From an uncultured virus (IMG/VR IMGVR_UViG_3300044634_004095) (taxonomy: Duplodnaviria; Heunggongvirae; Uroviricota; Caudoviricetes), in IMG/VR virus record IMGVR_UViG_3300044634_004095: DNA of 64,000 bases; one strand, 5' to 3'. Below the pieces are notes generated by a model. It had not been told where the DNA came from, ran no database searches, and worked only from the letters and a program-made list of their open reading frames with translations. Shown here in pieces: positions 30,263 through 37,829 of this stretch. The translations under genes were made by a program, and so were the position numbers. Within the stretch, counting starts at the first letter, position 1, and each line of letters starts with the position of its first letter.

Positions 30263-30607
30263 ATGAGAAAAATCAACTATGACACGATCACCGTTTTCGA
30301 CGATTGCGCCGAAGCCGATGAGTGGGAAAAAGAAAACGACAGAGAATGGATCCCTGTCGGCTGCATTGACACCGAGATTCCCTACCGCTGGGAAGGCTCA
30401 CAAGCGAAGATAGAACTGCATGCTGACCTGAATCAGTACTGGTGCGATGGCACCGTTCCTGGGTCTACTCGTGACTGTCTCATCAAGGATTGGAAAGTGG
30501 TTGTTTGGAAAGACAAGAACAACGACAACGACTACGAACTCCACTACGCAGAAAACGAACAAGACGGCAATGAAATCCTAGAGAGTCTCGCTGTTACATT
30601 ATCCTAG
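30263..30607 (+). CDS. hypothetical protein
   Basis: GAAAGGAAAG SD, promoter at 30208; upstream extension in the ORF track is repeat DNA. Confidence 0.65.
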   Translation: MRKINYDTITVFDDCAEADEWEKENDREWIPVGCIDTEIPYRWEGSQAKIELHADLNQYWCDGTVPGSTRDCLIKDWKVVVWKDKNNDNDYELHYAENEQDGNEILESLAVTLS

Positions 30608-30970
30608 AGTATGTATTGAGGCTCGCTCCCGTGTGGGGGCGAGCCACTTACATTATCCTTTAGTGTTAGCGGCGAGCCTGACCCCGGGGGCTTTCCGCCA
30701 CCGTCAAATAGTACAAGCAGGTATGACATCATTCTGAGCTCATGGCTGAAAGATGCACATTATCTGAACACGCCCCCGATGACGCAAATAAAAAGTTTGA
30801 CGCGAGAAGCCAGACAAAGCCCCGCGGCTCACCGCCTTCAGCGGGGCTTCGATGCTCGAGACTTTACATTATCCTTCAGTGAAAGAAGCTCGGGAATCCC
30901 AGCGCGGGGGCGCGCTGGGATTCCCCTAACCAAAGGATAATGTGGGGAGTACATTATCCTTTGGTGTTAA

Positions 30971-31399
30971 TCATTCAATCGGGAACGACTGAGCCTTTTT
31001 GATTAGCACGAGTAGTAGCGATTCTCTAGTGGGGACTAGATCCCTAATGAGTTCTAACGTTTCCGTGTGAAACTGATTGAATGACTTTTCACTGAAACGC
31101 GCAACGCCTACTTGGTTGTGAAACCTTGTAGACGGGAACTGCTGCACGTTGAATGGTTCCCAAATAGTGACGGTGAAACCGGCTGCGGGCTGCCACCAAA
31201 GCAAGCGCATAGTGGCGGTGTACTGTTTGCGCTTTGGGTCGTGGGTGAACTCTAGTTCTACTTGCTCGCCTGCCATTGAATTAGTGCCGCTGTATCGCTG
31301 ATCTAGTACTGGCGATCGCCACACGTATTTAATGCTACGGTCACCAATGATCGGTTGTGGGAACTTCAGGGTAATTTCTGGGTTTTGGGTTGTAGTCAT
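30971..31399 (-). CDS. hypothetical protein, leaderless
   Basis: ATG 6 nt after -10 TACTCT. Confidence 0.65.
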   Translation of the reverse strand: MTTTQNPEITLKFPQPIIGDRSIKYVWRSPVLDQRYSGTNSMAGEQVELEFTHDPKRKQYTATMRLLWWQPAAGFTVTIWEPFNVQQFPSTRFHNQVGVARFSEKSFNQFHTETLELIRDLVPTRESLLLVLIKKAQSFPIE

Positions 31400-31641
31400 A
31401 CCCAAAGAGTACTAGCAAGGGTACAGATTAGTGAATGTTTGACATTATCTCAGCACGCCCCCGACAGGTGAATGAGCAAGAGCAGGTTCAAGCCCCGCGG
31501 CCAGACGCTTGTAGCGGGGCTTCGATGTGAAACATTGTCAGTCTCGGTCGGGGGCGCATTTGGATAATGTTGCTTTAATTAACAATTTGATACTGACTAA
31601 CTATAATGACAACGTAAGCAACTACTAGAAGGAGTACTACT

Positions 31642-31938
31642 GTGAACGATATTTATTGCCCAGTATGTGGCGAACCGTGGGACAACGACACGCTACATGA
31701 ATACGCCGAGGAATATGAAACAACCTATAGAGCGACCTACAAATTATTTTTTTCCGATGGTTGCGCTGTGGCGTTCAAAGAATGGGACATAGCGTGTGAA
31801 CGCCCTGAGGGTGGTTCATCACGAGCCTTGTTTTCGTCATTGTTGGCAGAGATGCTAGGCGATGACGTGGACGGAATAATTAGCGAAATGCAGGACGCTG
31901 AGTTGCTTGGCTTACTGAACGACAATAGTAAAGGATAA
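31642..31938 (+). CDS. hypothetical zinc-binding protein
   Basis: CPVCGEPWD; AAGGAG SD; promoter TTAACA-17-TATAAT. Confidence 0.65.
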   Translation: MNDIYCPVCGEPWDNDTLHEYAEEYETTYRATYKLFFSDGCAVAFKEWDIACERPEGGSSRALFSSLLAEMLGDDVDGIISEMQDAELLGLLNDNSKG

Positions 31939-31943
31939 TGTAA

Positions 31944-32255
31944 ATGCTAACAATAAACGAAAATAACCTATTATTGAACGGCGATATTGTTGCCACGCTA
32001 CCAAACACAAGCGCACGGCAAGTGCTATTACGCGCATTGCTTGAAAGCCTATCTAATCGCGATGGCGTATTTCTTGCGCTATCTCACTTAGGGGAAGCGC
32101 GTACTGCTGATATCGCTCATCTTGTTGGCATAGATAGGTCAAATGCTGGCAGGGTTCTAGACAGCCTATTGTTAGAGGGAATGGTAAAGGTAGTAAACGA
32201 TTGCAATAAGGCTGGAACGGTAGGGCGACCATCTAGGGTTTGGGCGACCGTTTAA
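31944..32255 (+). CDS. winged-helix DNA-binding protein
   Basis: ARTADIAHLVGIDRSNAGRVLDSLLLEGMV...GRPSRVW. Confidence 0.7.
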   Translation: MLTINENNLLLNGDIVATLPNTSARQVLLRALLESLSNRDGVFLALSHLGEARTADIAHLVGIDRSNAGRVLDSLLLEGMVKVVNDCNKAGTVGRPSRVWATV

Positions 32256-32337
32256 CATTATCCTTTAGTGTGTGCGCGTCTATATTGGCGCGCACACACT
32301 TGAACACTAAAGGATAATGTAAAGAGTACGAAAACTA

Positions 32338-32808
32338 TTATTCGCTCATCGGGTTTGGGGCAATTTCTCCGAATACAGCCTCGTACATTTCTCGCCCTGC
32401 TTTCCACTCGTCCCACGACCCGTCAGATGAGACACGGATACACGACCCGTAAATAACCTTTGCTCTTATTAGTGAGGCGGTTACTACTGCGTCGTATGGC
32501 TTGTAAGCCGTTTTGCAAAATGAGAAATGGTCGGGCTCATCTTTGCGCCACTCGGGTTGAGTCGGGATAGCGTCCCACCAAAACGACTCGTGCCCATTGT
32601 CGCCGTTTTCATCGCTCACGCCATTAAATGCGAAATAACCCTCAGTACACACGGGCTGAGTGTTGGGTGCACCAAACGCGTCACCTAGTGCAATTCCGTT
32701 TTCTTGTGCATAATCGCAAATTGCTTTTACGTCTAGTCCCAATTTGCCAAACATATAAGCCGACCCTGCGTTATTCATTGGTCGCGAAACATAGTGCGTA
32801 TAGCCCAT
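32338..32808 (-). CDS. hypothetical phage protein
   Basis: MGYTHY...FCKTAYKPYDAVV...SSDG; AAGGAG SD. Confidence 0.7.
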   Translation of the reverse strand: MGYTHYVSRPMNNAGSAYMFGKLGLDVKAICDYAQENGIALGDAFGAPNTQPVCTEGYFAFNGVSDENGDNGHESFWWDAIPTQPEWRKDEPDHFSFCKTAYKPYDAVVTASLIRAKVIYGSCIRVSSDGSWDEWKAGREMYEAVFGEIAPNPMSE

Positions 32809-32895
32809 TTCTTTTCTCCTTGTCTAGTAGTTATTATTAGATTACTTTACGATATTCAGACTAGCGATTAAATTACATTATCCTTTAGTGATAGT

Positions 32896-33168
32896 TCACA
32901 AGTCAGGGTTGAACCAACCCCAAGAACCATCAACGTTAATTACTACGTCCTCGGGCGCTAGGCAGTTGATTAGCGGAACAGCAGTACTATTCCAACTCCA
33001 TGTAAAGTTTGGCTTTAGCGAAATATCGCAAATGGGTTTAGTTTCTCTATTGTCGCTTGTGATTAGTAACGTGGCAAGAACGACGACAACGGAAGTCGCC
33101 AATCCCCATACTATTATTCTTACGAAAGTGCGTAGCGTGTAGTAAGCAGATGACTTTTCATTGTTCAT
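32896..33168 (-). CDS. hypothetical membrane protein
   Basis: One TM; promoter at 33198. Confidence 0.6.
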   Translation of the reverse strand: MNNEKSSAYYTLRTFVRIIVWGLATSVVVVLATLLITSDNRETKPICDISLKPNFTWSWNSTAVPLINCLAPEDVVINVDGSWGWFNPDL

Positions 33169-33416
33169 ACTTTCCCCTTTTTCTAGTAGTTGTTATTAGA
33201 CTACTTGACGCTATTCAGACTAGCGATTAAATGACATTATCTCAACACGCCCCCGACAAGAACAAGCGTGAGAGGTTTCAGCTTAAGCCCCGCAGGCCAG
33301 CCTGTCCCCCGGGGCTCCTACCGGATTCAGCCACAAGCGCATGACTCGAAATTGGCAAGCGCCGTTACTAAAGGATGATGCCGGATTACATCATCCTTTA
33401 GTAACGATTGCTCCTA

Positions 33417-33836
33417 CTAGAGTCCCCGTTCCCTGCGCTGTTGTTCTGTCACAGGGCGCAACGTTGTCTCGCTGCCGGTTGGGGCATCGTGGTGAGATAG
33501 TGAGTATTCAACTCGGTCGGAATAAACCTCATAGTGCATGCGCCATTCACTTCTGACTGTCATGGCTATAAGCATTTCTTCAACTTTGTCTACCTTGAAA
33601 TGTCCGGATATATCGCCGTTCCAAAGTCGCAAATTCTCAACGGACCACCAATCAGTTTCGTTGCTGTGGCGTAGTTCCATTGTTGCCTCTCCGAACTCGG
33701 CTACTGAGTCGCTCCAGCAATAACCAAAACACTCGGATGCTTCTTTATAGTCTCCGGTGTTTTCGTCATAGGCGGTGCAAGTGCATAGGTTGGTTATTTC
33801 TCCGGCTGTGATGAGTGTTTTTTTGGTTGTTGTCAT
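33417..33836 (-). CDS. hypothetical protein, leaderless
   Basis: ATG 6 nt after -10 TAAATT; HHDAPTG. Confidence 0.65.
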   Translation of the reverse strand: MTTTKKTLITAGEITNLCTCTAYDENTGDYKEASECFGYCWSDSVAEFGEATMELRHSNETDWWSVENLRLWNGDISGHFKVDKVEEMLIAMTVRSEWRMHYEVYSDRVEYSLSHHDAPTGSETTLRPVTEQQRRERGL

Positions 33837-34046
33837 GTCTTCAATTTACCATTGAGGGTACAAACTAGCGTTTTTGCATTATCCTTTAGTAATGTTCTTT
33901 TCTCCAAATTTGCAAAACTTCTTTTTTCGTGTAATACAAGTAAAAGTGATAAGGGTAGTCATGAGTCCCATCACAGGGCAAGCGATAAAACCCCGTTTTT
34001 GTTTTTTCTATACTTTTTAGTGTTGGTGTAATTTTTGGCATTGCGC

Positions 34047-34361
34047 TCACCAACCTCCCCGAGCCTCATAGTCTCCAACTGAACGCTCAATTTCATTTGA
34101 CAGAAAATAGTGTCCTGCCTCTGCAAGAAAACCCTCAGGGCGAGCGGAAATAATCCACGTCACGTACTTGTGATATGACCCCCTATTGTTGGACTCACAG
34201 AGTGCAATCCAACTAGAGTAAGTATCCCCAATAACTCTCTCCGTGAGACGCTTGCAACGCAATACGGTGTGATCGGAAATGGACATACCTTTTGCAAGTA
34301 AGTTGAATTCTGCTTGTGTCTGCCCGTTGTGATCGTTAATTGTTTCTAATTCTGTTTGCAT
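34047..34361 (-). CDS. hypothetical protein (similar to 28725-28994)
   Basis: AGGAG SD, promoter at 34398. Confidence 0.65.
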   Translation of the reverse strand: MQTELETINDHNGQTQAEFNLLAKGMSISDHTVLRCKRLTERVIGDTYSSWIALCESNNRGSYHKYVTWIISARPEGFLAEAGHYFLSNEIERSVGDYEARGGW

Positions 34362-34562
34362 TTTTTCTCCTAGCAATTGGTAGTAGGTGTTGTTAGTAAC
34401 GTACCTTGCAGGTAACAGGCTAACTATAAATAAACATTATCGCAACACGCCCCCGATATGATCAGTCTGCGAGCCGGAGGGGAGAAGCCCCGCGTGGGGC
34501 GTGCGAAGCCGGGGCTTTAATGCTCGACAACAGCATTATCCTTGAGTGTCGGCGAGCGGCGC

Positions 34563-34895
34563 TTACCCGTGCCAGTTTTCAGACCGCTCTATGAAGTTGC
34601 GCAAACTTTCCTCGTCGGTCATTTTTTCTTTCTCGCCTTCTTCGATAATCCAACCGAAAACGTCCTGACGTATGGCGCATCGTTCTTCTACTGCTTTCAC
34701 AGCTTGAGCGGGCGTGAGTGCCTTTTCGCCAAAACCACGCAACCCGGCGTCCCATTCCCAACCGAACGACTCAACAAGATCGGCATCGTCGTAGCACTCG
34801 TAGAGCTCTGACTCAAAAAGGTTCTGGGGGTCGCTGTAGAGCGGCATTGCTTTAATTGCGGCGACTATTTCGTCGTGTTGTGGGTGAGTTTTCAT
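34563..34895 (-). CDS. hypothetical protein
   Basis: AAGGAG SD. Confidence 0.65.
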   Translation of the reverse strand: MKTHPQHDEIVAAIKAMPLYSDPQNLFESELYECYDDADLVESFGWEWDAGLRGFGEKALTPAQAVKAVEERCAIRQDVFGWIIEEGEKEKMTDEESLRNFIERSENWHG

Positions 34896-34921
34896 TTCTT
34901 TCTCCTTTTGTTTGGGTTTGT

Positions 34922-35218
34922 TTAATAATTCATTTTGTCAAAAGCGGCGGCGGCGCCTTTAGCCATTGCGTCTTGACGAAAGGCATAGGTCGTGTCAAAC
35001 GCAACCCGCAGAACATTCCGGTGAAGTACTGAGATCTCCTCTTTTTCCAGAACGTCGTAATTTGCATTGTCGCCATACTCGCACTCAAGCACGACTGCCA
35101 CGCTGTGCTTTGTGAGCACGCTTTTAACCTTGACGAACTTAATTTCGCCATTCACTTTTGCGGCGAAAACTACTTTTTTGTTTTTGTCAATAGCGGCGCC
35201 GATGTCCCATACCTTCAT
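34922..35218 (-). CDS. hypothetical protein
   Basis: AAGGAG SD, promoter at 35260. Confidence 0.65.
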   Translation of the reverse strand: MKVWDIGAAIDKNKKVVFAAKVNGEIKFVKVKSVLTKHSVAVVLECEYGDNANYDVLEKEEISVLHRNVLRVAFDTTYAFRQDAMAKGAAAAFDKMNY

Positions 35219-35446
35219 GTTCTTGTCTCCTTGTGTGTGTTGTTCCTGCCGATGACTTAAAAATACCAGCAGGGGTACAGATTAGCGAAAAAGCTACCCT
35301 AATCAGGTTGAGGCGAGGCGAACAAGCCCCGGCTTCGTCCGCGCTCAGCGGGGCTCGCATGGGGTTGGTGTTCTTTTATCGCTAATCTGTACCTGTCATG
35401 ACAGAATAGGAACACGGGGGAAACGCCCTCGGGATTAGGGGAGATT

Positions 35447-35638
35447 ATGCCACTCTGGAAACAAAGAACAGAAGTAGACAAGGGCTACAAAGACATCGTG
35501 CTGAGGGAATTGGGAATAGAACAAGACCCCAAAGACTGGGAGCGCTCAAATTGGGTGATCTTTTTGTTGTGCGCTGGTTTTGACATAGAAACGATTACAA
35601 GGTTTCTAGCAGACGACGGTCGCTTCGTTTACGACTAA
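35447..35638 (+). CDS. hypothetical protein
   Basis: GGAG SD, promoter at 35379. Confidence 0.55.
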   Translation: MPLWKQRTEVDKGYKDIVLRELGIEQDPKDWERSNWVIFLLCAGFDIETITRFLADDGRFVYD

Positions 35639-35762
35639 AAAGATTATCCTAGATAGTTCGGGTGGCTTGCTCTCGTAGGGAGAGCAAGCCACTTTACATT
35701 ATCCTTTAGTAATGGGTCGGGGTTTTCTCCCGACCCATTACGGTCTATTGTCGTAACGACCC

Positions 35763-35984
35763 CTAGTCGTACCACCTAGATGCTGGCAACTCGCACAGTA
35801 GGCAGATCGCGTTTCTTAGTTTTGCGAGAACTCGTGGGCTATGTCTTATTTTTGCAATGTCTGCACTAACTCCGTAAACTTCGCGGAGTTGGTGAACGGT
35901 GAAATCGTTACAGCAATACGAACAGATAAACCCTTCGCTGTCTTTGTCGTAAGCGACCGTCTCTAGATCTTTGTATTCATACAC
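35763..35984 (-). CDS. small zinc-finger protein
   Basis: CSYCC...CLLC; GAGG SD. Confidence 0.5.
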   Translation of the reverse strand: MYEYKDLETVAYDKDSEGFICSYCCNDFTVHQLREVYGVSADIAKIRHSPRVLAKLRNAICLLCELPASRWYD

Positions 35985-36126
35985 AGTTAGTGTTTCCTCT
36001 CTTTATCCTTTAGAGGTTGCTTACCTCTGCTGATCGGACATTCAATAGAAAGAAAAACATCATCGCAATGTTCCCCCGAGTGCGTGATGCATCCACTTCA
36101 CGACAAAGCCCCGCTGTAAACCGGCC

Positions 36127-36609
36127 CTAACGGGTCTCCATGCTTGGGAGAGTCTTCATCGAGCGCAGCTGATGCTTACCTAAGCGCCAAGACTCACGCC
36201 AGCCATTTGGATTGAAAAGGTTCTCGTCTTTTTTGACTTCGTACCCGTAGGCCCATCCGACAAAAAAGAAAACGTTCCCCATGAGTTGTGCAAATATATA
36301 TCGCCTCTGAATGGGGTCGTTGTCTCGGATGATAAGGCCACCACGTGGGTGACTAGTTGCTCGAATCTCATTTTCTCCGTCATCGGGAATTTGGTGAAAC
36401 TCATTTATGGGGTTGTGCCACAGTTTTTCATTGATGCGCGCCCAGGCTAGTTCTGCTCCAGCCCCAACTCTTTCCTGTTGGATTCTCTCGTCCATCGAGC
36501 GATCATATGTTGATGCATGGTTCAGTCCCTGTTTGCCAGACTCGGTTATGCGTAGCCTGACGGCTTTATCAACTTCTGCCCAGTCACTGTCTGTCATTGC
36601 GTATCTCAT
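36127..36609 (-). CDS. hypothetical protein, possible PD-(D/E)xK nuclease fold
   Basis: GAGAELAWAR...PDD...EIRAT. Confidence 0.5.
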   Translation of the reverse strand: MRYAMTDSDWAEVDKAVRLRITESGKQGLNHASTYDRSMDERIQQERVGAGAELAWARINEKLWHNPINEFHQIPDDGENEIRATSHPRGGLIIRDNDPIQRRYIFAQLMGNVFFFVGWAYGYEVKKDENLFNPNGWRESWRLGKHQLRSMKTLPSMETR

Positions 36610-36703
36610 CCCGTAAAGATATAGCCATTGCTCAGGTATTACAACCATTGAGGCTGTTCGTTTGAGGACTTTGTATTTAGCAGCTTCTATGCAGATACGC
36701 AAA

Positions 36704-36733
36704 AGCCCCCATGAGACTTTTCTCATAGGGGCT
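36704..36733 (-). terminator. hairpin terminator
   Basis: AGCCCC-ATGAGA/TCTCAT-GGGGCT stem with A-run on the + strand, downstream of the 36786 gene. Confidence 0.5.
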
Positions 36734-36785
36734 CTTGTATCTGCGATTGAACGTAGAACGTATCTATCGCAAAAACGTTTAATCC

Positions 36786-37646
36786 TTAAGCTCTTGCTCC
36801 TGGCTTGTTGGCGAGGAATTCAACCAAGCTCCTAATCCCTTGGTTGGGCAACCCACTGCATGTTACGTAGATATTGAACGTACCATTTGGCTGCTTTTCT
36901 TGTTCGATCACCAACTGAGAAAGATCAAATCCGTAGTTCTGCCATTTCCAGCGGAATGTTTGCCAATAGCTCGACTTTGAAGTTCCTTCAGTTGCAAGCA
37001 TTCTCGTATTGGGGCGTGAAACAACTTCAAGAAACTTTAGCTCTTGAGCGTTTATTGCGTATTTGCCCGCATGTGAAAGAGACGATTGCGACACGCTAAC
37101 TTTTTTACTGTTAGAGAATACGGGAGACCCGGAACGTACTGCATCCTCGATCTTTTTCAGCTTTTGCTGCAAAGCAGCGTATCGCGAATGACCCTGTGGG
37201 GACATTTTCCCACTATCCGTGTATCGAACATAATGAGAGATCATTCCGTTCTCATTGCGAGTGCGAAGCTCGAAACACGATCCGAACCCACCAAGGCCAA
37301 CATTTGCTCGACGTGATTTAGATTTTGCAGCGATATGCCACTCTTCAGGAGAGGCCATGAGTGTGAGCATCAACATTTCTGTATTTGTTAATTTTGGAAC
37401 CCGTACCACAGCAGCGGCGCTGGAGTTGACACCAGTCAAGGATGGAGGAAGGTCCATCTTAATTGGAGCAGAGAGTCCCATGTTCTTAATAATTTTCGCC
37501 ATTGACGTAAGTGTTGAAGGGTCAACAGGGGTGTCCGTAGGGTACATCGCTTTCTCGTTGATTGCTTCAACCAGCAATTTCTCAATCTTGGAAGTTGATA
37601 AGGTTTTTCCTTTGACAACTTCATTTGACGTTTTTGTATCGACCAT
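36786..37646 (-). CDS. hypothetical protein
   Basis: GGAGG SD, long ORF. Confidence 0.65.
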   Translation of the reverse strand: MVDTKTSNEVVKGKTLSTSKIEKLLVEAINEKAMYPTDTPVDPSTLTSMAKIIKNMGLSAPIKMDLPPSLTGVNSSAAAVVRVPKLTNTEMLMLTLMASPEEWHIAAKSKSRRANVGLGGFGSCFELRTRNENGMISHYVRYTDSGKMSPQGHSRYAALQQKLKKIEDAVRSGSPVFSNSKKVSVSQSSLSHAGKYAINAQELKFLEVVSRPNTRMLATEGTSKSSYWQTFRWKWQNYGFDLSQLVIEQEKQPNGTFNIYVTCSGLPNQGIRSLVEFLANKPGARA

Positions 37647-37829
37647 ATGGTCCTCCATTCGGTTTTTTGTATCCCGCTTTTGCGGTAGTTGGAAAGTTAA
37701 CACTTGTGATAACTAATGACAACCTGAATTCAAAACTTTTTATTAAAGGTTGATTGACCGTGTTGAGGATCGATTATATCCTTGTGCGGCAATAGCTATT
37801 ACCCAAACCAAATCCCCGATAGGAACCAT

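Larger units (their letters stand above)
13770..30707 (+). repeat. box C family, TCCRCCACCGTCAA, 12 copies all in one orientation
   Basis: Near 13770, 14123, 15698, 16721 (variant), 17220, 20474, 22679, 23891, 26029, 28046, 30004, 30690. Confidence 0.9.
20391..35407. promoter_or_regulatory. family of about 20 promoters: (T/A)(C/T)GCTA-like -35, spacer often beginning RTCTGTNCC, exactly 17 nt, TAnnnT -10
   Basis: Minus: 20391, 22333, 23862, 25409, 25953, 27250, 27993, 29678, 31406, 32839, 33198, 33843, 34398, 35260; plus: 26212, 28252, 28667, 30208, 31579, 35379. Confidence 0.8.
17918..35710. repeat. box A family, TTRCATYATCCTTYRG, about 40+ dispersed copies (about 33 forward, 10 reverse)
   Basis: Forward e.g. 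near 17961, 20448, 20667, 20692, 21224, 22364, 22855, 23055, 24065, 24696, 25439, 26539, 27382, 28023, 28999, 29041, 29711, 30648, 32873, 33874, 35694; reverse near 18047, 20725, 24131, 26737, 27447, 29071, 30930, 31929, 32306, 33367. Confidence 0.95.
20551..36079. repeat. box B family, RCATTATCNCAACACGCCCCCG, about 13-15 copies
   Basis: Forward near 20553, 22732, 23956, 26002, 26109, 27285, 28136, 30056, 30757, 31442, 33234, 34434; degenerate 22759, 36057; one reverse at 31548-31570. Confidence 0.9.
20613..36137. repeat. dyad D family, AGCCCCG-N16-18-CGGGGCT, 14 copies
   Basis: Starts 20613, 22809, 24018, 26157, 27335, 28198, 28613, 30118, 30818, 31491, 33286, 34486, 35325, 36107 (one mismatch). 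Confidence 0.92.

Noticed and set aside
13770..30707. Box C as the L5 stoperator or E. coli Chi itself
   Set aside because: The sequence differs from GGTGGMTGTCAAG and GCTGGTGG; only the polar arrangement is analogous.
24131..33406. Box A pairs as Fur boxes, DnaA boxes or Xer dif sites
   Set aside because: Only short resemblance (GATAATG, TTATCC). Arm spacing is variable and much longer than the Fur 7-1-7 or dif 6-bp spacer, and TTATCC is not followed by ACA.
18047..33890. Box A reverse (AAGGA-TA-ATG-TAA) as SD plus start-stop minigenes
   Set aside because: SD-to-ATG distance is only 2 nt and the stop is not conserved (ATGCAA, ATGCAG, ATGTGG). Only at 31929 does it plausibly act as an SD, for a later ATG.
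17900..36140. Repeat field as a CRISPR array
   Set aside because: Repeats are irregularly spaced, occur in both orientations and are separated by whole genes; no constant repeat-spacer period and no cas genes seen.
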